DNA of 61,375 bases, filler included, from Collodictyon triciliatum (taxonomy: Eukaryota), in the NCBI GenBank assembly GCA_043381765.1. It is 21 parts of 21 records of this genome, joined end to end, with 100 filler letters (N's around TTAATTAATTAA, not from the genome) between each part and the next. Parts side by side here need not be neighbours in the genome. Positions count along the whole stretch, not along the records: positions 23,453 to 26,281 come from JBHJMP010008226.1; positions 26,382 to 29,209 come from JBHJMP010008227.1; positions 29,310 to 32,136 come from JBHJMP010008228.1; positions 32,237 to 35,063 come from JBHJMP010008229.1; positions 35,164 to 37,990 come from JBHJMP010008230.1; 16 more parts are not named here. One strand, 5' to 3'. The position numbers were made by a program, and so were the translations under genes. Below are positions 23,610 through 35,344 of this stretch, piece by piece; position 1 is the stretch's first letter; every line of letters begins with the position of its first letter. The notes under the pieces were generated by a model. That model saw nothing but the letters and a program-made list of their open reading frames with translations, made no database searches and was not told where the DNA came from.

Positions 23610-25995
23610 CTAAATGAGTTGCACTTTCAAAGTGGGCTGGGATTGGTTTTGCACAGGGATGGGTTTCGAATTAACGAGTATATCTCCCTGGGAAACAACT
23701 GAAACTGAAACATAATCATACTCCTTATCATCGATAAAAGGAGATGACAGCATTCTTCGTTAGTCATAAGATAGCTGATTTTTTTTTTAAAAAAAAACCA
23801 TATATGCCTCAGATATTAACAAGAAAATATCTGGTTACGATTCTGGACAGAGATATACAAATGTGCAAGATAGCTCACGATGATTTCGAATTATGAGGGA
23901 AAAAAGTATATGAAACAAACATGTTCCTGCACTCTTAGATGGATTCTTCTTGCGACGGCTTTGTTCAACGTAATCGAATCACCAATTCGCACGTTATCAG
24001 AGGCCATGTTATTGAGTGAAAGAACCGCAAAATCTGCATTTTTATCAGCCACAAGAACACACCTTCACATGCAAATAGAAAGAAAGAGGGATAAGGCATC
24101 AAAGATAAGAATATTTACACAACCTTAAATTTTCAATTTTCATCACACATTTATATAAGCGACGCGGCATGACAATAATCAAAAATATTATGTCAATTGT
24201 GAGGAGAAAAGTGGAGAGAAAAGGAGGGGGGGAAATAGAAAATGGGAATGAAAAATGAAGACCTACAGCGGAACCTGAGAAGGTTGGGAAATGAATGCCA
24301 CCAATTTCAGCACAATAGACTCTGTGGATATACTGCCAATTGCTGGAACTTGGCCAATACCATTAACTTGGGAAGGAATCGTATCGAGCATAGACTGGAA
24401 TTTCTTTGGTCTCATAAAGCCTTTCCTCAGTATATTGTCTTGGATCCTTTTCAGAAAATTGGTGATATCCTTTTTCATCTCTGATGGTGGTGCCCAAGCC
24501 GGGTCTATTGACTCTGCCGTCGTCAAATCATCCAAGGCTGCGGTGTAATCCTCCATGTATCGAAAAACCTATGTCCGATGCGATTTTTAAGAGTTTGTAT
24601 TCAGCGACGTATGAACGGTAGTAATAAAGCATGCGTCTATTCAGATCTACCGTCGCTCGGTTAAAGTAAAGGTCGGGATTCTTGCGTGATACATCCAGCG
24701 ATTCCTTTGATTATGGAAACGTAACTGGTACCCCAAATTAAGGAAATACGTGTTGTTGTTGTTGTTGTTGTTGTTGTTTTTGTTGTTTTTTTGTTGTTTT
24801 TGTTGTTTTTGTTGTTAAAAAAAAGGGTAGGAGTAGATAAATAAGGAAATATTCGAGCAAAAATCTTGTGAATAAAGTTTGAAAAATGAAAGTAGTTTTG
24901 GTAACATATATACCGATTGTTTGTAAGCTTTGAGTGACAATGCCAGGTCAGAGCTATCAAAACTACAGCGGAAAAAATGCGCGAGATATGCATTTCCAAG
25001 AAAATCTAGATAAGATTATAAATAAAACTATTGAAAAAATATTTTAAAAAATAGGTTAAGGTGGCCTTGTTTATTAAAAAAAAGACAATTAATCATATCA
25101 AAAAAAAATTAAAAAAGGATTCATGATATGAGCTGCGCACGCAAATGAGACGATCTAACATGATTGTCCAACTTACACCAAGACAGGCTATCCTTCATAT
25201 CCAACGATATCGCCTCTTTTGCCTTCTCAATGCTAAGCCTAACATTCTGCTTCAAATCTTCTCCTGAAAGCAGAGGCATAAAGATTGGCGATAAATGGAA
25301 TAACTTTCATATGGAATCAGTAATTACTTTATAATTTGTCGAGTCACTTTGACATCTCGCAGATTGCACTATGCAAAAATAGAGAAGAATATTAAAGCCT
25401 TGCCCGCCCCAATCTGCCTTAAGACAATGGACATTTGACGAAGTGATTCTTTGTTTGGTGAAGAGACGATAGCATTCTGGAAACAGTACTTTGCATTTTG
25501 AAAATCTTTTCGTCGGCAATAATCATCCCCGATTTTATTCCACGCAATGTAGTTAGACGGATCAAGTTTCACCTTTTTGTTGAAGGATTTACATTTTTAG
25601 ATGGTTTTGATCATGCTTATTCTTTTTCGACAAAAAAAAAAAAAGAAAAGAAAGAAAGAAGAAAAATAGGCTACTTATAACAGAGATGCAACAAGAAATT
25701 TTGAGTATACATATCAAAATTTTATAACTCATGAAGCGATATACTTTTGATTCGTCACTCCAAACAGTAACTTATCCATTATATTATATACAATTTATCT
25801 GCTTCTATATCCTGTTTGTAGAGAATTGTTCGGCTTTACTGGCAAGCGTGATTTTATCATCATTACCGCACGGACAAAGGCCTCGCGTCCGGTCTCAATT
25901 TGACCAGTCCATTCATCAGAGCATCCTTTCAAAAACCAAATCCGCGATCTTGTCTCGATATCTTGTCGTTCGCATTTATAAGTGAAACATACAGC
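23610..25995 (-). CDS. TTC5: Tetratricopeptide repeat protein 5 (TTC5/Strap), 5'-partial, multi-exon
   Basis: AVKLDPSNYIAWNKIGD..AKYCFQNA..NKESLRQMSIVLRQ..SIEKAKEAISLD..SW, YMEDYTAAL..IDPAW, C-terminal OB-like exons, TAG at 23610-23612. Confidence 0.88.
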
Positions 25996-26184
25996 TTTAT
26001 ATTAATCGCATGAGCAGTTCAATATAGCAAACTCAGGTAAATATATATTTATAAAACTATTCTTTTAGGGTTATAGTGAGCGATATGTGTTGGATAAAAT
26101 CATAAAAAATTAAAATAAAATAATCTAGAAAACAAAATAAAATAGAGCGGAGATAACGAAGGTTTTCAAATCGAAGAAAAAAGA

Positions 26185-26273
<89 letters not shown>

Positions 26274-26638
26274 GTATAATANNNNNNNNNNNNNNNNNNN
26301 NNNNNNNNNNNNNNNNNNNNNNNNNTTAATTAATTAANNNNNNNNNNNNNNNNNNNNNNNNNNNNNNNNNNNNNNNNNNNNAGAATAAGAAAGAAGAACA
26401 AGAAAGAAGAACAAGAAAGAAGAACAAGAAAGAAGAATAAGAAAGAAGAATAAGAAAGAAGAATAAGAAAGAAGAATAAGAAAGAAGAATAAGAAAGAAG
26501 AATAAGAAAGAAGAATAAGAAAGAAGAATAAGAAAGAAGAATAAGAAAGAAGAATAAGAAAGAAGAAGCAAAGGATCTACGATGACAGGAAGAAAAGAGT
26601 CCAGAATAAATTAGGGTTGCTTCCGTGGACGCCCTTTG

Positions 26639-27980
26639 CTACTCAAGAGTCATACCCGCAGCCGGATCGGTTTTCGGGTGAGCAAGGATGAGAACGAGCG
26701 TCAAAATATGTTGGGCGATGAGAGATGTCCCAGCGATGAAAAGATAGATGGTTTCCTTTTCAGAGTCCAGAACATTCTTATAGAGACATGTGAGACAAAG
26801 ACAAAGCACTATGAAAATGTCCGACGCAAGGGTGGCAACTGTGAACCTGCTCACGTTACCGTCTTCCACGATGAATGACAGATTTTGCTTACTGTGAAGC
26901 GAGATAATACATAAATACAAAAAGAGAAGCAAACATGGTTAATGTGCGTGAAATAGGGGGTCATATATTTTTATATCACGTTTGTACAATATTGTAGTAA
27001 TGATATTTGTTATTACGCAAGTCTCGCTGATTTCGACGGCTTCGCACTAGCAAACCACACAATGGCTATGTCGAGTAGACTACCAAGCACAGATATGAGA
27101 AAAATCTTTGCAAACGCCGCAGTGCCCCAGTTGTTCCGCATGACCAACACGACCGATGCAGCATACTTGGCACCGATTAATATAAAGACATATGCCTGAC
27201 AAAAATTACGCATATAATAAGAGTAATATGATCAGAATTTATCTTCGGTTTGAAATGATGATTTTGTGGAAGTCTCTTATTAAATAGAAGAGAGAAAAAA
27301 AAGTACGATTGTGATTTTAAATATTGTATCACTCCGAACCTTGTAATGATGGGCAAACAAAGCGAATGAAAGGACAGCAGCAGCAGCCTCAGATATCCGC
27401 AGCAAGAACGTTATCCAACGTCTCCAGCCATCGCGATATAGCGGAGCAAAACCGCTATCCGCGGCCGATAGAGCGATGCAAAGTAGGGATGTGGGTATCG
27501 AAAATGCCGATATATCGGAGTAAGTCGTCTATTGAACATGAAGATATTGATGTGAGCAAATTGATTGTGACAAGAAATGCCTATCATATTCCATGAAAAA
27601 GTAACTGAGAATGAAGAATCGTTTTCTATTTCTTTTATTACTATTTCTATTATTAGCATCATTATTATAATAAGAACATAAAATAGTGTAGTATGGAATC
27701 AAACTTTTGATTATAATTATGTTTCATGCAAAATTGAATAAAATATTTTTAAATGGTATTGAAGTAAGAAGAGCTAGATCTCATGTCAATTCTGTTGTGA
27801 AGGCATCCTTCTCCAATTACCTCAAATAAAAAGATGTACAGTTGCATGAAACAAAAGGGGATCGACTGCAAGGACGATTCAATAAATTTGCTCCAGTAGA
27901 ATGAAGAGCAATACCGTTGATTGCTGATAAATAAATATAAATTTATAAGGGTGCAAACAAGGTCAATACATCGCGGTCAT

Positions 27981-28066
<86 letters not shown>

Positions 28067-28630
28067 AAAAACAGAAATATTCTACAGATTTTGTCAATTT
28101 TCTGGGTAAAACTAACCATTTGGCAATATAAATAAATACAAAGAATTCAATGGAGGGATGTATGAAAGTGATTGATTTTTTTAACGTGAGACGGGATGGA
28201 AGAAGGACATAATATTACTGAATGTTGTCGTAGGCGTCAAAAAGGAAGTTTAGCTGCACTATTGTGAGAAGACAATATCTAGTTCTCATGTCAGGGTGGT
28301 CGGGTTGCAAAAGGATGACGGAAACCTAGATGTGAACCTTCTAGTTTACAGCCTGCATTAACCGAGAGACAAAGCTTTGCACAAGGCAACGAGCTGGATA
28401 ACCAAATGAGAGCTACACTTGCGCTACTGAGATGAAAAGAGACAAACCAGAATTCTGAACGACATGAAAGCGATGCAAAACGTCCCCCAGAAAACATCTC
28501 CTTGGAAAAACAGCGCAAGTATGAAAATGCTATGCAGCACGCAGTCGGCCGTCACCGCCACACTCACAAAGGCCGAGTAGAATATGTCGAAGCGGCCCCA
28601 AAGAGGCGAAAACTGCGAGTCTGAATACAT
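26639..28630 (-). CDS. XK-related (Xkr/CED-8 family) multi-pass membrane protein
   Basis: Spliced exons give KFIESSLQSIPFCFMQLYI (cf. XK E..lES.PQ..LQ.Y), SIPTSLLCIALS and FLLRISEAAAAVLSFALF (cf. F..R..E......LALF), with hydrophobic helices throughout. Confidence 0.6.
27983..28062. repeat. (AG)n microsatellite in an intron
   Basis: Direct reading. Confidence 0.95.
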
Positions 28631-29309
28631 CACGGCGCTTCTCAGAGTCAGCTGCTTATGCGTGGTTGATCAAATAAAAGAAAAAGAGTGGAAAGGGAGT
28701 AAGTGGTGAAGAGGTTAGCGAGACTTTGCACTTGGGATCGTAATGAGGCTCGTGGCTGGCTCGTGACTCCGTTCCTATTCGACAGGCGATCGCCAACGCA
28801 AGCCGCGCGACAATAGCACTTGGATGGTTCTTGATCCACATATGGTATCATTGACTTGAATACACAGTTGGCAGATATGCGTTGCATAAGGTTGGTAGAC
28901 TCTCGCTTGGGATTTGCGATTTGCGTTCAAGTTATTCCGATTATTGTCGTGTGCTTCGGGGCGATCGGCTATTCCCTCTCAATGGGACTGCCCTTTCTTT
29001 CGTCCTTTTGCCAATTTTCCTTCTCTCTTTCGTTTTTTGGAATTTTGTTATTTAGTTTATAGTCTTTGTTATTGTTGTTTGTTGTTTGTTGTTGTTTGTT
29101 TTTTGTTTTTTGTTTTTTTTGTTGTTTTTTTGTTGTTTTTTTTGTTTGTTTGTTTGTTTGTTTGTTTGTTTGTTTGTTTGTTTGTTTGTTTGTTTGTTTG
29201 TTTGTTTGTNNNNNNNNNNNNNNNNNNNNNNNNNNNNNNNNNNNNNNNNNNNNTTAATTAATTAANNNNNNNNNNNNNNNNNNNNNNNNNNNNNNNNNNN
29301 NNNNNNNNN

Positions 29310-29381
<72 letters not shown>

Positions 29382-29664
29382 CTTTTTTTTTTTTTTGAAA
29401 ACCGGCTGGTGCCACAAGATGGCCGAAATGTTTGGTTTAAAATCACCCCTGCTTGGTCGCAGCCGACCAGAGGATTTTCACACTGGCCAAGCTGTAGGCT
29501 CATTCGTCGGCTGTAAGTGCTCTCATGCGATTAGGATACAAACATGCACAAACGCTCATGCATTATGCATGATACCACGACTTCTTTTCCTTGCATTTCT
29601 ATGATTTTATCTCGCAAATGACTCTCGAAATAAAAAGGAAAAAAGGACACACCAGGTGAATTAA

Positions 29665-31110
29665 TTGAAGCAACAATTGTCCCGACTACCCCTATTTGAT
29701 ACAATCTGTTTCCCTGAATCCCATCATCCTAATCAAAAGAGAAAAAATTTTGTAGATTGCTACGGGATGAACTTCATAGTTGGTGTAGGCGTGTTGAGCA
29801 TACCTTGGGCTTTTGAGCAAGGTGGTGTCGGTCTCAGCAGTCTTACCTTGTTGATTTCCACGTTAATCAGTTTCGTGGCCATGAATTGGCTTTTGGAGAC
29901 TTTCTGTCGCACGCATGCCCTACAAATGGCTCACCAGACGCGTGTGGTGAGCGATGACGACCAAATGCTTGCTCTTACACCTGAGCCAGAGTATATGATT
30001 GGGACAAGAAAGTTTGAAGTTGGCGAATTAGTCGGGCTTTATTTTGGACCACAAGTGCAACGTGGATATGAGGTTATTCTATGCATATGTATCTTTGGTG
30101 CGCTGTGGTCATACAGCTCTGTTTTTGCTGCGTCTGCATCCACATACATACCAATACCCTTTATCAATAATGGAAATACATGCGAGGATTGTGAATCACT
30201 CTACTTTTTCTATCTTGGTGTCTTTGGTTTGGTTGTTGTTCCTTTAACTTGCATGGATTTGCATGAGCAGATAGCGACGCAAGTCTTTCTGACCATATTC
30301 CGCTTCGTCGCAATCTTTTTGATGATATCCACATCTGCCTATGGAATACAGAACCAGTTACCACCAGACCAGGATGATGCCGCTTCTTTTGAAAAGAAAG
30401 ACCCGACAGAGGCTTTCAAATGGACAGGCTTCGGCTCGATGTTTGCAATTGTAGCTTTCAGCCAAATGTTCCAGCTCAGTGTTCCTACACTTACGCATCC
30501 AATCAAAGACCGCATGGAACTAAGAACCATATACTCTGCTGTTCTTACCTCGACATTTAGCCTCTATTGCACTCTTGGTGTTGTTGTGGTTGAGTACTAC
30601 CGTAATTACGTCGAAACTCAATGCTCTTTAAACTGGGTGGACTATGATTACAGAAAGAATCCAGAGGGTAACCCACCGACTGCGGCCTATCTGGCTTCGT
30701 ACTTGATTGTTTTGTTCCCTGCTCTTGATGTATTGAGCACGTTTCCATTGTCTGCAATCACGTTGGCTAATAATATCAAGGGCTTACTAATTCAGGAGAA
30801 TGAGCCACTCAGCCGCCAAAGGCGTTTGGCTCTACGACTCCTCGCGTCTGTTCCTCCTATTTTAGGGGCTATGGCCATTAGAGACATCAGCATTATACTT
30901 CGGTATGTGGGTATATTTGGATTCCTGATAAACTTCATCGCTCCTGCTGTGCTTCAACTGGAGTCTGAGAAAGTTTGTGAGCGTGTTTTTTCAAACGACA
31001 CAAAAACTCCATTCACTCATAGCTTCATGAGTCACCGTTGGTTGGTCAAGCTCGTGATAGTATTTTGCGCCTTCGGAATTGCGATGACCCTCGCAAGTTT
31101 CTTTCTATGA
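29665..31110 (+). CDS. Amino-acid transporter, AAAP/SLC38 family, TMEM104-like; long uninterrupted ORF (start uncertain, first in-frame ATG 29767)
   Basis: NFIVGVGVLSIPWAFEQGG, RKFEVGELVGLYFG, GALWSYSSVFA, PLTCMDLHEQ, LFPALDVLSTFPLSAITLANN; about 11 hydrophobic segments; TGA at 31108-31110. Confidence 0.88.
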   Translation: MKQQLSRLPLFDTICFPESHHPNQKRKNFVDCYGMNFIVGVGVLSIPWAFEQGGVGLSSLTLLISTLISFVAMNWLLETFCRTHALQMAHQTRVVSDDDQMLALTPEPEYMIGTRKFEVGELVGLYFGPQVQRGYEVILCICIFGALWSYSSVFAASASTYIPIPFINNGNTCEDCESLYFFYLGVFGLVVVPLTCMDLHEQIATQVFLTIFRFVAIFLMISTSAYGIQNQLPPDQDDAASFEKKDPTEAFKWTGFGSMFAIVAFSQMFQLSVPTLTHPIKDRMELRTIYSAVLTSTFSLYCTLGVVVVEYYRNYVETQCSLNWVDYDYRKNPEGNPPTAAYLASYLIVLFPALDVLSTFPLSAITLANNIKGLLIQENEPLSRQRRLALRLLASVPPILGAMAIRDISIILRYVGIFGFLINFIAPAVLQLESEKVCERVFSNDTKTPFTHSFMSHRWLVKLVIVFCAFGIAMTLASFFL

Positions 31111-31157
31111 ACAATAGACCCCTTCATTTTCACTCTTTATTATTTCTCTTTCTCTTT

Positions 31158-31630
31158 GTCTTTTCTTCTTTTCTTCTTTTCTTCTTTTCTTCTTTTCTTC
31201 TTTTCTTCTTTTCTTCTTTTCTTCTTTTCTTCTTTTCTTCTTTTCTTCTTTTCTTCTTTTCTTTTTTCTTCTTTTCTTCTTTTCTTCTTTTCTTCTTTTC
31301 TTCTTTTCTTCTTTTCTTCTTTTCTTCTTTTCTTCTTTTCTTCTTTTCTTCTTTTCTTATTTTCTTCTTTTCTTCTTTTCTTTTTTATATTTTCTATTTT
31401 TCTTTTTCCTTTTTTCTTTTCTTCTTTTCTTTTTTCTCTTTTCTTTTTTCTCTTTTCTTTTTTCTCTTTTCTTTTTTCTCTTTTCTTTTTCTTTTTTCTC
31501 TTTTCTCTTTTCTTTTTTCTTTTTTCTTTTTTCTTTTTTCTGTTTTTATTTTTTCTGTTTTTATTTTTTCTGTTTTTATTTTTTCTGTTTTTATTTTTTC
31601 TGTTTTTATTTTTTCTGTTTTTATTTTTTC
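31158..31630. repeat. Compound pyrimidine-rich microsatellite (TTC/TTTTC/TTTTCTGTTTTTAT)
   Basis: Direct reading. It generates the spurious Phe/Ser ORFs here. Confidence 0.95.
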
Positions 31631-32655
31631 AGCTACCGATTTTCTTCACGTCATCAATAAAACCTCAAGAACTTTTTCTTTCTAATCCAACGTGATGCAG
31701 TCCTGTGTGGGTACGGGATATGAGTTTACATAGAATCAGAGAAGGAAATATTTAATTGTAGAAATGCGCCCAATCGAGTGTAAAACGATATGTTCTGGCG
31801 CGGTGTTTGTGCGTGCAAAGCGATTCTGTCTTTATGTATGTGAAGGACTATGGTAAATTATATGCGGAATCGTATGTATTGAAGCGCATAAATGTTGTGG
31901 TATAGTCAATTTTTTATCATGTTCTGGTCATCGCGAATTTCTTTCTTTTGTCTTTTTTCTTTTTTTCTTTTATTCTATTTTTCTATTTTTCTATTTTTCT
32001 ATTTTTCTATTTTTCTATTTTTCTATTTTTCTATTTTTCTATTTTTCTTTTTTCTTTTTTCTTTTTTCTTTTTTCTTTTTTCTTTTTCTTTTTCTTTTTC
32101 TTTTTTTCTTTTTTTTTTTTTCATTTTGAAAATCGCNNNNNNNNNNNNNNNNNNNNNNNNNNNNNNNNNNNNNNNNNNNNTTAATTAATTAANNNNNNNN
32201 NNNNNNNNNNNNNNNNNNNNNNNNNNNNNNNNNNNNCCAAAAAACCAAAAAACCAAAAAACCAAAAAACCAAAAAACCAAAAAACCAAAAAACCAAAAAA
32301 CCAAAAAACAAAAAAACCAAAGAAACAAAAAACAAAAAAAACAAAAAAAACAAAAAAAACAAAAAAAACAAAAACAAACAAAAAAACAAAAAAACAAAAA
32401 AACAAAAACAAACAAAAACAAACAAAAAAAACAAAAAGGGTGAAAAAAGAAAACGGAGTGAAAACAACCATACACTCCCCTTTCGGTCAGGCAATTTGCA
32501 TGCTGCTCAAGAGATACGCTCTATATTGCTCCTTTTATTTTTCTCCATATCTTGCCTTCGCCTGTCTGATCACTAACGCAGCCATCTCATCCGATTCACA
32601 GGCAAGCAAAGGCCAACACCAAACTACCGACTTCAAGTAAATACTCACCCCCACA

Positions 32656-33817
32656 ATGTCCTACTCCACCTGGGTTCGTCCTGAAGTGAGTGCCGCTGTC
32701 CTCTCCATGACTGGCCTTTCCTCTTTTCCCCTCTTTTCCCCTCTTTTCCCCTCTTTTCCCCTCTTTTCCCCTCTTTTCCCCTCTTTTCCTCTCTTTTCTC
32801 CTCTTTTCCCCTCTTTTCCCCTCTTTTCCCCTCTTTTCCCCTCTTTTCTCTCTCTTTTCCTCTCTTTTCTCCTCTTTTCCCCTCTTTTCCCCTCTTTTCC
32901 CCTCTTTTCTCTCTCTTTTCCCCTCTTTTCCCCTCTTTTCCCCTCTTTTCTCTCTCTTTTCTCTCTCTTTTCTCTCTCTTTTCTCTCTCTTTTCTCTCTC
33001 TTTTCTCTCTTTTCTCTCTTTTCTCTCTTTTTTCTTATTTTTCTCTCTTCTTCTCTCTTTCCTCTCTTTTTCTCTCTTTTTCTCTCTTTTTCTCTCTTTT
33101 TCTCTCTTTTTCTCTCTTTTTCTCTCTTTTCTATTCTCTTTTTTCTCTCTTTTTTCTCTCTTTTTTCTCTCTTTTTTCTCTCTTTTTTCTCTCTTTTTTC
33201 TCTCTTTTTTCTCTCTTTTTTCTCTCTCTTTTCTCTCTTTTTTCTCTCTTTTTCTCTCTTTTTCTCTCTCTTCTCTCTTTTTTCTCTCTCTCTTTTTTTC
33301 TTTTCTTTCTTTTCCTTGTCCAAGACCATGAAACACTCATCACACCGGAACCCAGGTCTACCCCGTCATTGCCTGCGTCGTTGGCGGCACCGTCTGGGCT
33401 GCATACATGGGCGGCCGCAACATCTTCTTCCACAACGACATCAGGTTCCGCACCCTGCCTCACATCAACGCCCCGCCTCTTCTGCCCCCGAAACAAACCC
33501 CATCCCAAGCGAAGCATACTGAGCCACCACGTATCACAATCCACCCAGCTTCAACAAGAACAAGCCTCGCCCCTTCGCCAACGAAGAAGGACTCAACCGC
33601 TTCATGAGCGTGCGCTCCTACAAGTATGCAAACTCGCCTGCCATCCGCGAGGGCAAGAACTAAGCACCCAAGCACTCAAGCATTCAAGCACTCACAGACA
33701 ATAAAGACAAGAGAGACACCACGAAACAGACTCTGTCTTCTCGGTTTCATGGAGCAGGAGAGCGGCTCCACTATCGTGTGTCTCTTACAACGGCACGTCA
33801 GGATGCACGGTGGCTGA
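32656..33817 (+). CDS. B12D/NDUFA4-like small mitochondrial membrane protein (3' end uncertain)
   Basis: Exons 32656-32685, 33356-33444 and 33549-33623 splice GT-AG to MSYSTWVRPE-VYPVIACVVGGTVWAAYMGGRNIFFHNDISFNKNKPRPF. W.RPEVYP followed by one TM helix and RN is the B12D signature. Confidence 0.8.
32717..33315. repeat. ~600-bp polypyrimidine tract (CCCCTCTTTT/CTCTTTT variants) filling intron 1 of the B12D-like gene
   Basis: Direct reading; almost no purines on the + strand. Confidence 0.95.
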
Positions 33818-34049
33818 TGTGAAAAGAGCGAGCAATATCTCGAAACAGTAAAGCTGGATTGCTCTGATGTTCCGCCTGCATCGCTTCTTTCCAGTTAGGC
33901 TCATATTCGTTCCAAACAGTGGTGTCATCTGTCACTTTGTGTAATGGCGCAGGCGCAACCAAGACATGCTTTCTGAAGAATCTGCCCGGCTTTCACCAAC
34001 CATCCCATCGGGCTGCGTGATGCCTCCTTCGTCAGGCGGCTGCCGAATG

Positions 34050-34570
34050 CGCATATACCATCTCGATTATCGGCATCATTGTACTCGTGATGACCAGGTT
34101 AATCAATCGCTAATTGACAGTCAGCCACTAGGCACAAAAACTCACAAAGCAAACACAAAGACTGTGTGATATAACCATGTAATTAATACCAAGCTTGTAT
34201 CAATATCGTAACCATCCTTTTAATCGAATAAAAAGGAGAAAAAATAACTATTACACAACCGTTTATCTTCCCTCACTTTTCAACGAGGATTTTTAACCCT
34301 CTTGTCCTGGGCATCTCCGACTTCAGGAAGAAGTTGCTATCCGTAACTTTCGACTTTTCCAGTTCATAAGAAAAGCCCACGGATGCATCCTATGTGCCTG
34401 TTAAGTAAGCGGTTCTTTAGCTTGCGCTTATTCTGAGACAACCGCCACTGACCCTCTCGCCCATACTCGCCTCCTGTCGCTCGTAAAACTGACCCAGCGC
34501 GCTTCGGGACGATACATACTCCGCCTTCCTCTTATCGTTTCCAAGCAGACGCTCTCGATTATATTTTGTG
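34050..34570 (-). pseudogene. Highly decayed Fanzor1 RuvC-region remnant
   Basis: Collinear frameshifted motifs ALGQFYERQE, QWRLSQNKRKLKNRLLNR, VGFSY(G)NW, MPRTRGLKILVEK, TS and NRD, spaced close to FYEQ/W/YGDW/MP..GL/TS/TRE in the 6258-6734 Fanzor piece. Confidence 0.55.
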
Positions 34571-34634
34571 TCTGTCGAAAGTGATAGTGATAAACAAAAT
34601 GACAAATATTAATAGGAAGTTTAACCCAGGTCAA

Positions 34635-34781
34635 GGAGAACATGAAGCCTTTGCTGTATCTGACGATAATCGCATCTACTTCACCCCTCGCCATTTTTTC
34701 AAACATCCGACACAGACAAAACTTCCTCCAGTTTCTCCTGTCACAGCTACTTTCTGGCGGACATTCTTTGTCTTTGAGATA
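34635..34781 (-). mobile_element. IS607 TnpA-like (serine recombinase) fragment
   Basis: YLKDKECP...NWRKFCLCRMFEKMARGEVDAIIVRYSKGFMFS resembles the IS607 TnpA pattern YL..KYP...SGLNF.RKGL..LL..I..GEV..VVV..KDRL.RF. The SG and DRL.R residues are degenerate. Confidence 0.45.
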
Positions 34782-35163
34782 GAATGCTGCGTCATTGCAA
34801 CCAGTCATTACCGCCTACCTTAGCCTCTTGCTTCTGGCGGCAGACTTAAATAAAGTGAAGTAGAAAAAGGAAAATGGATTATCCTGCCAGAAATGTAAAT
34901 GAACCGATTGATTTCATCCATAAATCAAACCACAAAGAAACAAAGAAACAAAGAAACAAAGAAACAAAAAACAAAAAACAAAAAACAAAAAACAAAAAAC
35001 AAAAAAACAAAAAAACAAAAAACAAAAAACAAAAAACAAAAAACAAAAAACAAAAAACAAAAANNNNNNNNNNNNNNNNNNNNNNNNNNNNNNNNNNNNN
35101 NNNNNNNTTAATTAATTAANNNNNNNNNNNNNNNNNNNNNNNNNNNNNNNNNNNNNNNNNNNN

Positions 35164-35221
<58 letters not shown>

Positions 35222-35344
35222 TGTGCATGAAAAGTGTCGTAGTAATCAACCGGAAGGTCTTTGTTTTTGTTTTTATTGATGGAGTCGATTTGCTTGTTTT
35301 ATTCGCTTTTGTTGGGCTGATGCTATGGTCAGGAAGTCGTCATA

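Noticed and set aside
27411-27600. Apparent frameshift in an XK-related exon
   Set aside because: The acceptor CAATAG|ACG gives an in-frame junction from the previous phase-0 exon.
2292-33544. Long Phe/Leu/Ser- or Lys/Arg/Glu-rich ORFs (e.g. 2292-2891, 31038-31695, 32596-33522)
   Set aside because: Translations of microsatellites, or antisense shadows of real exons.
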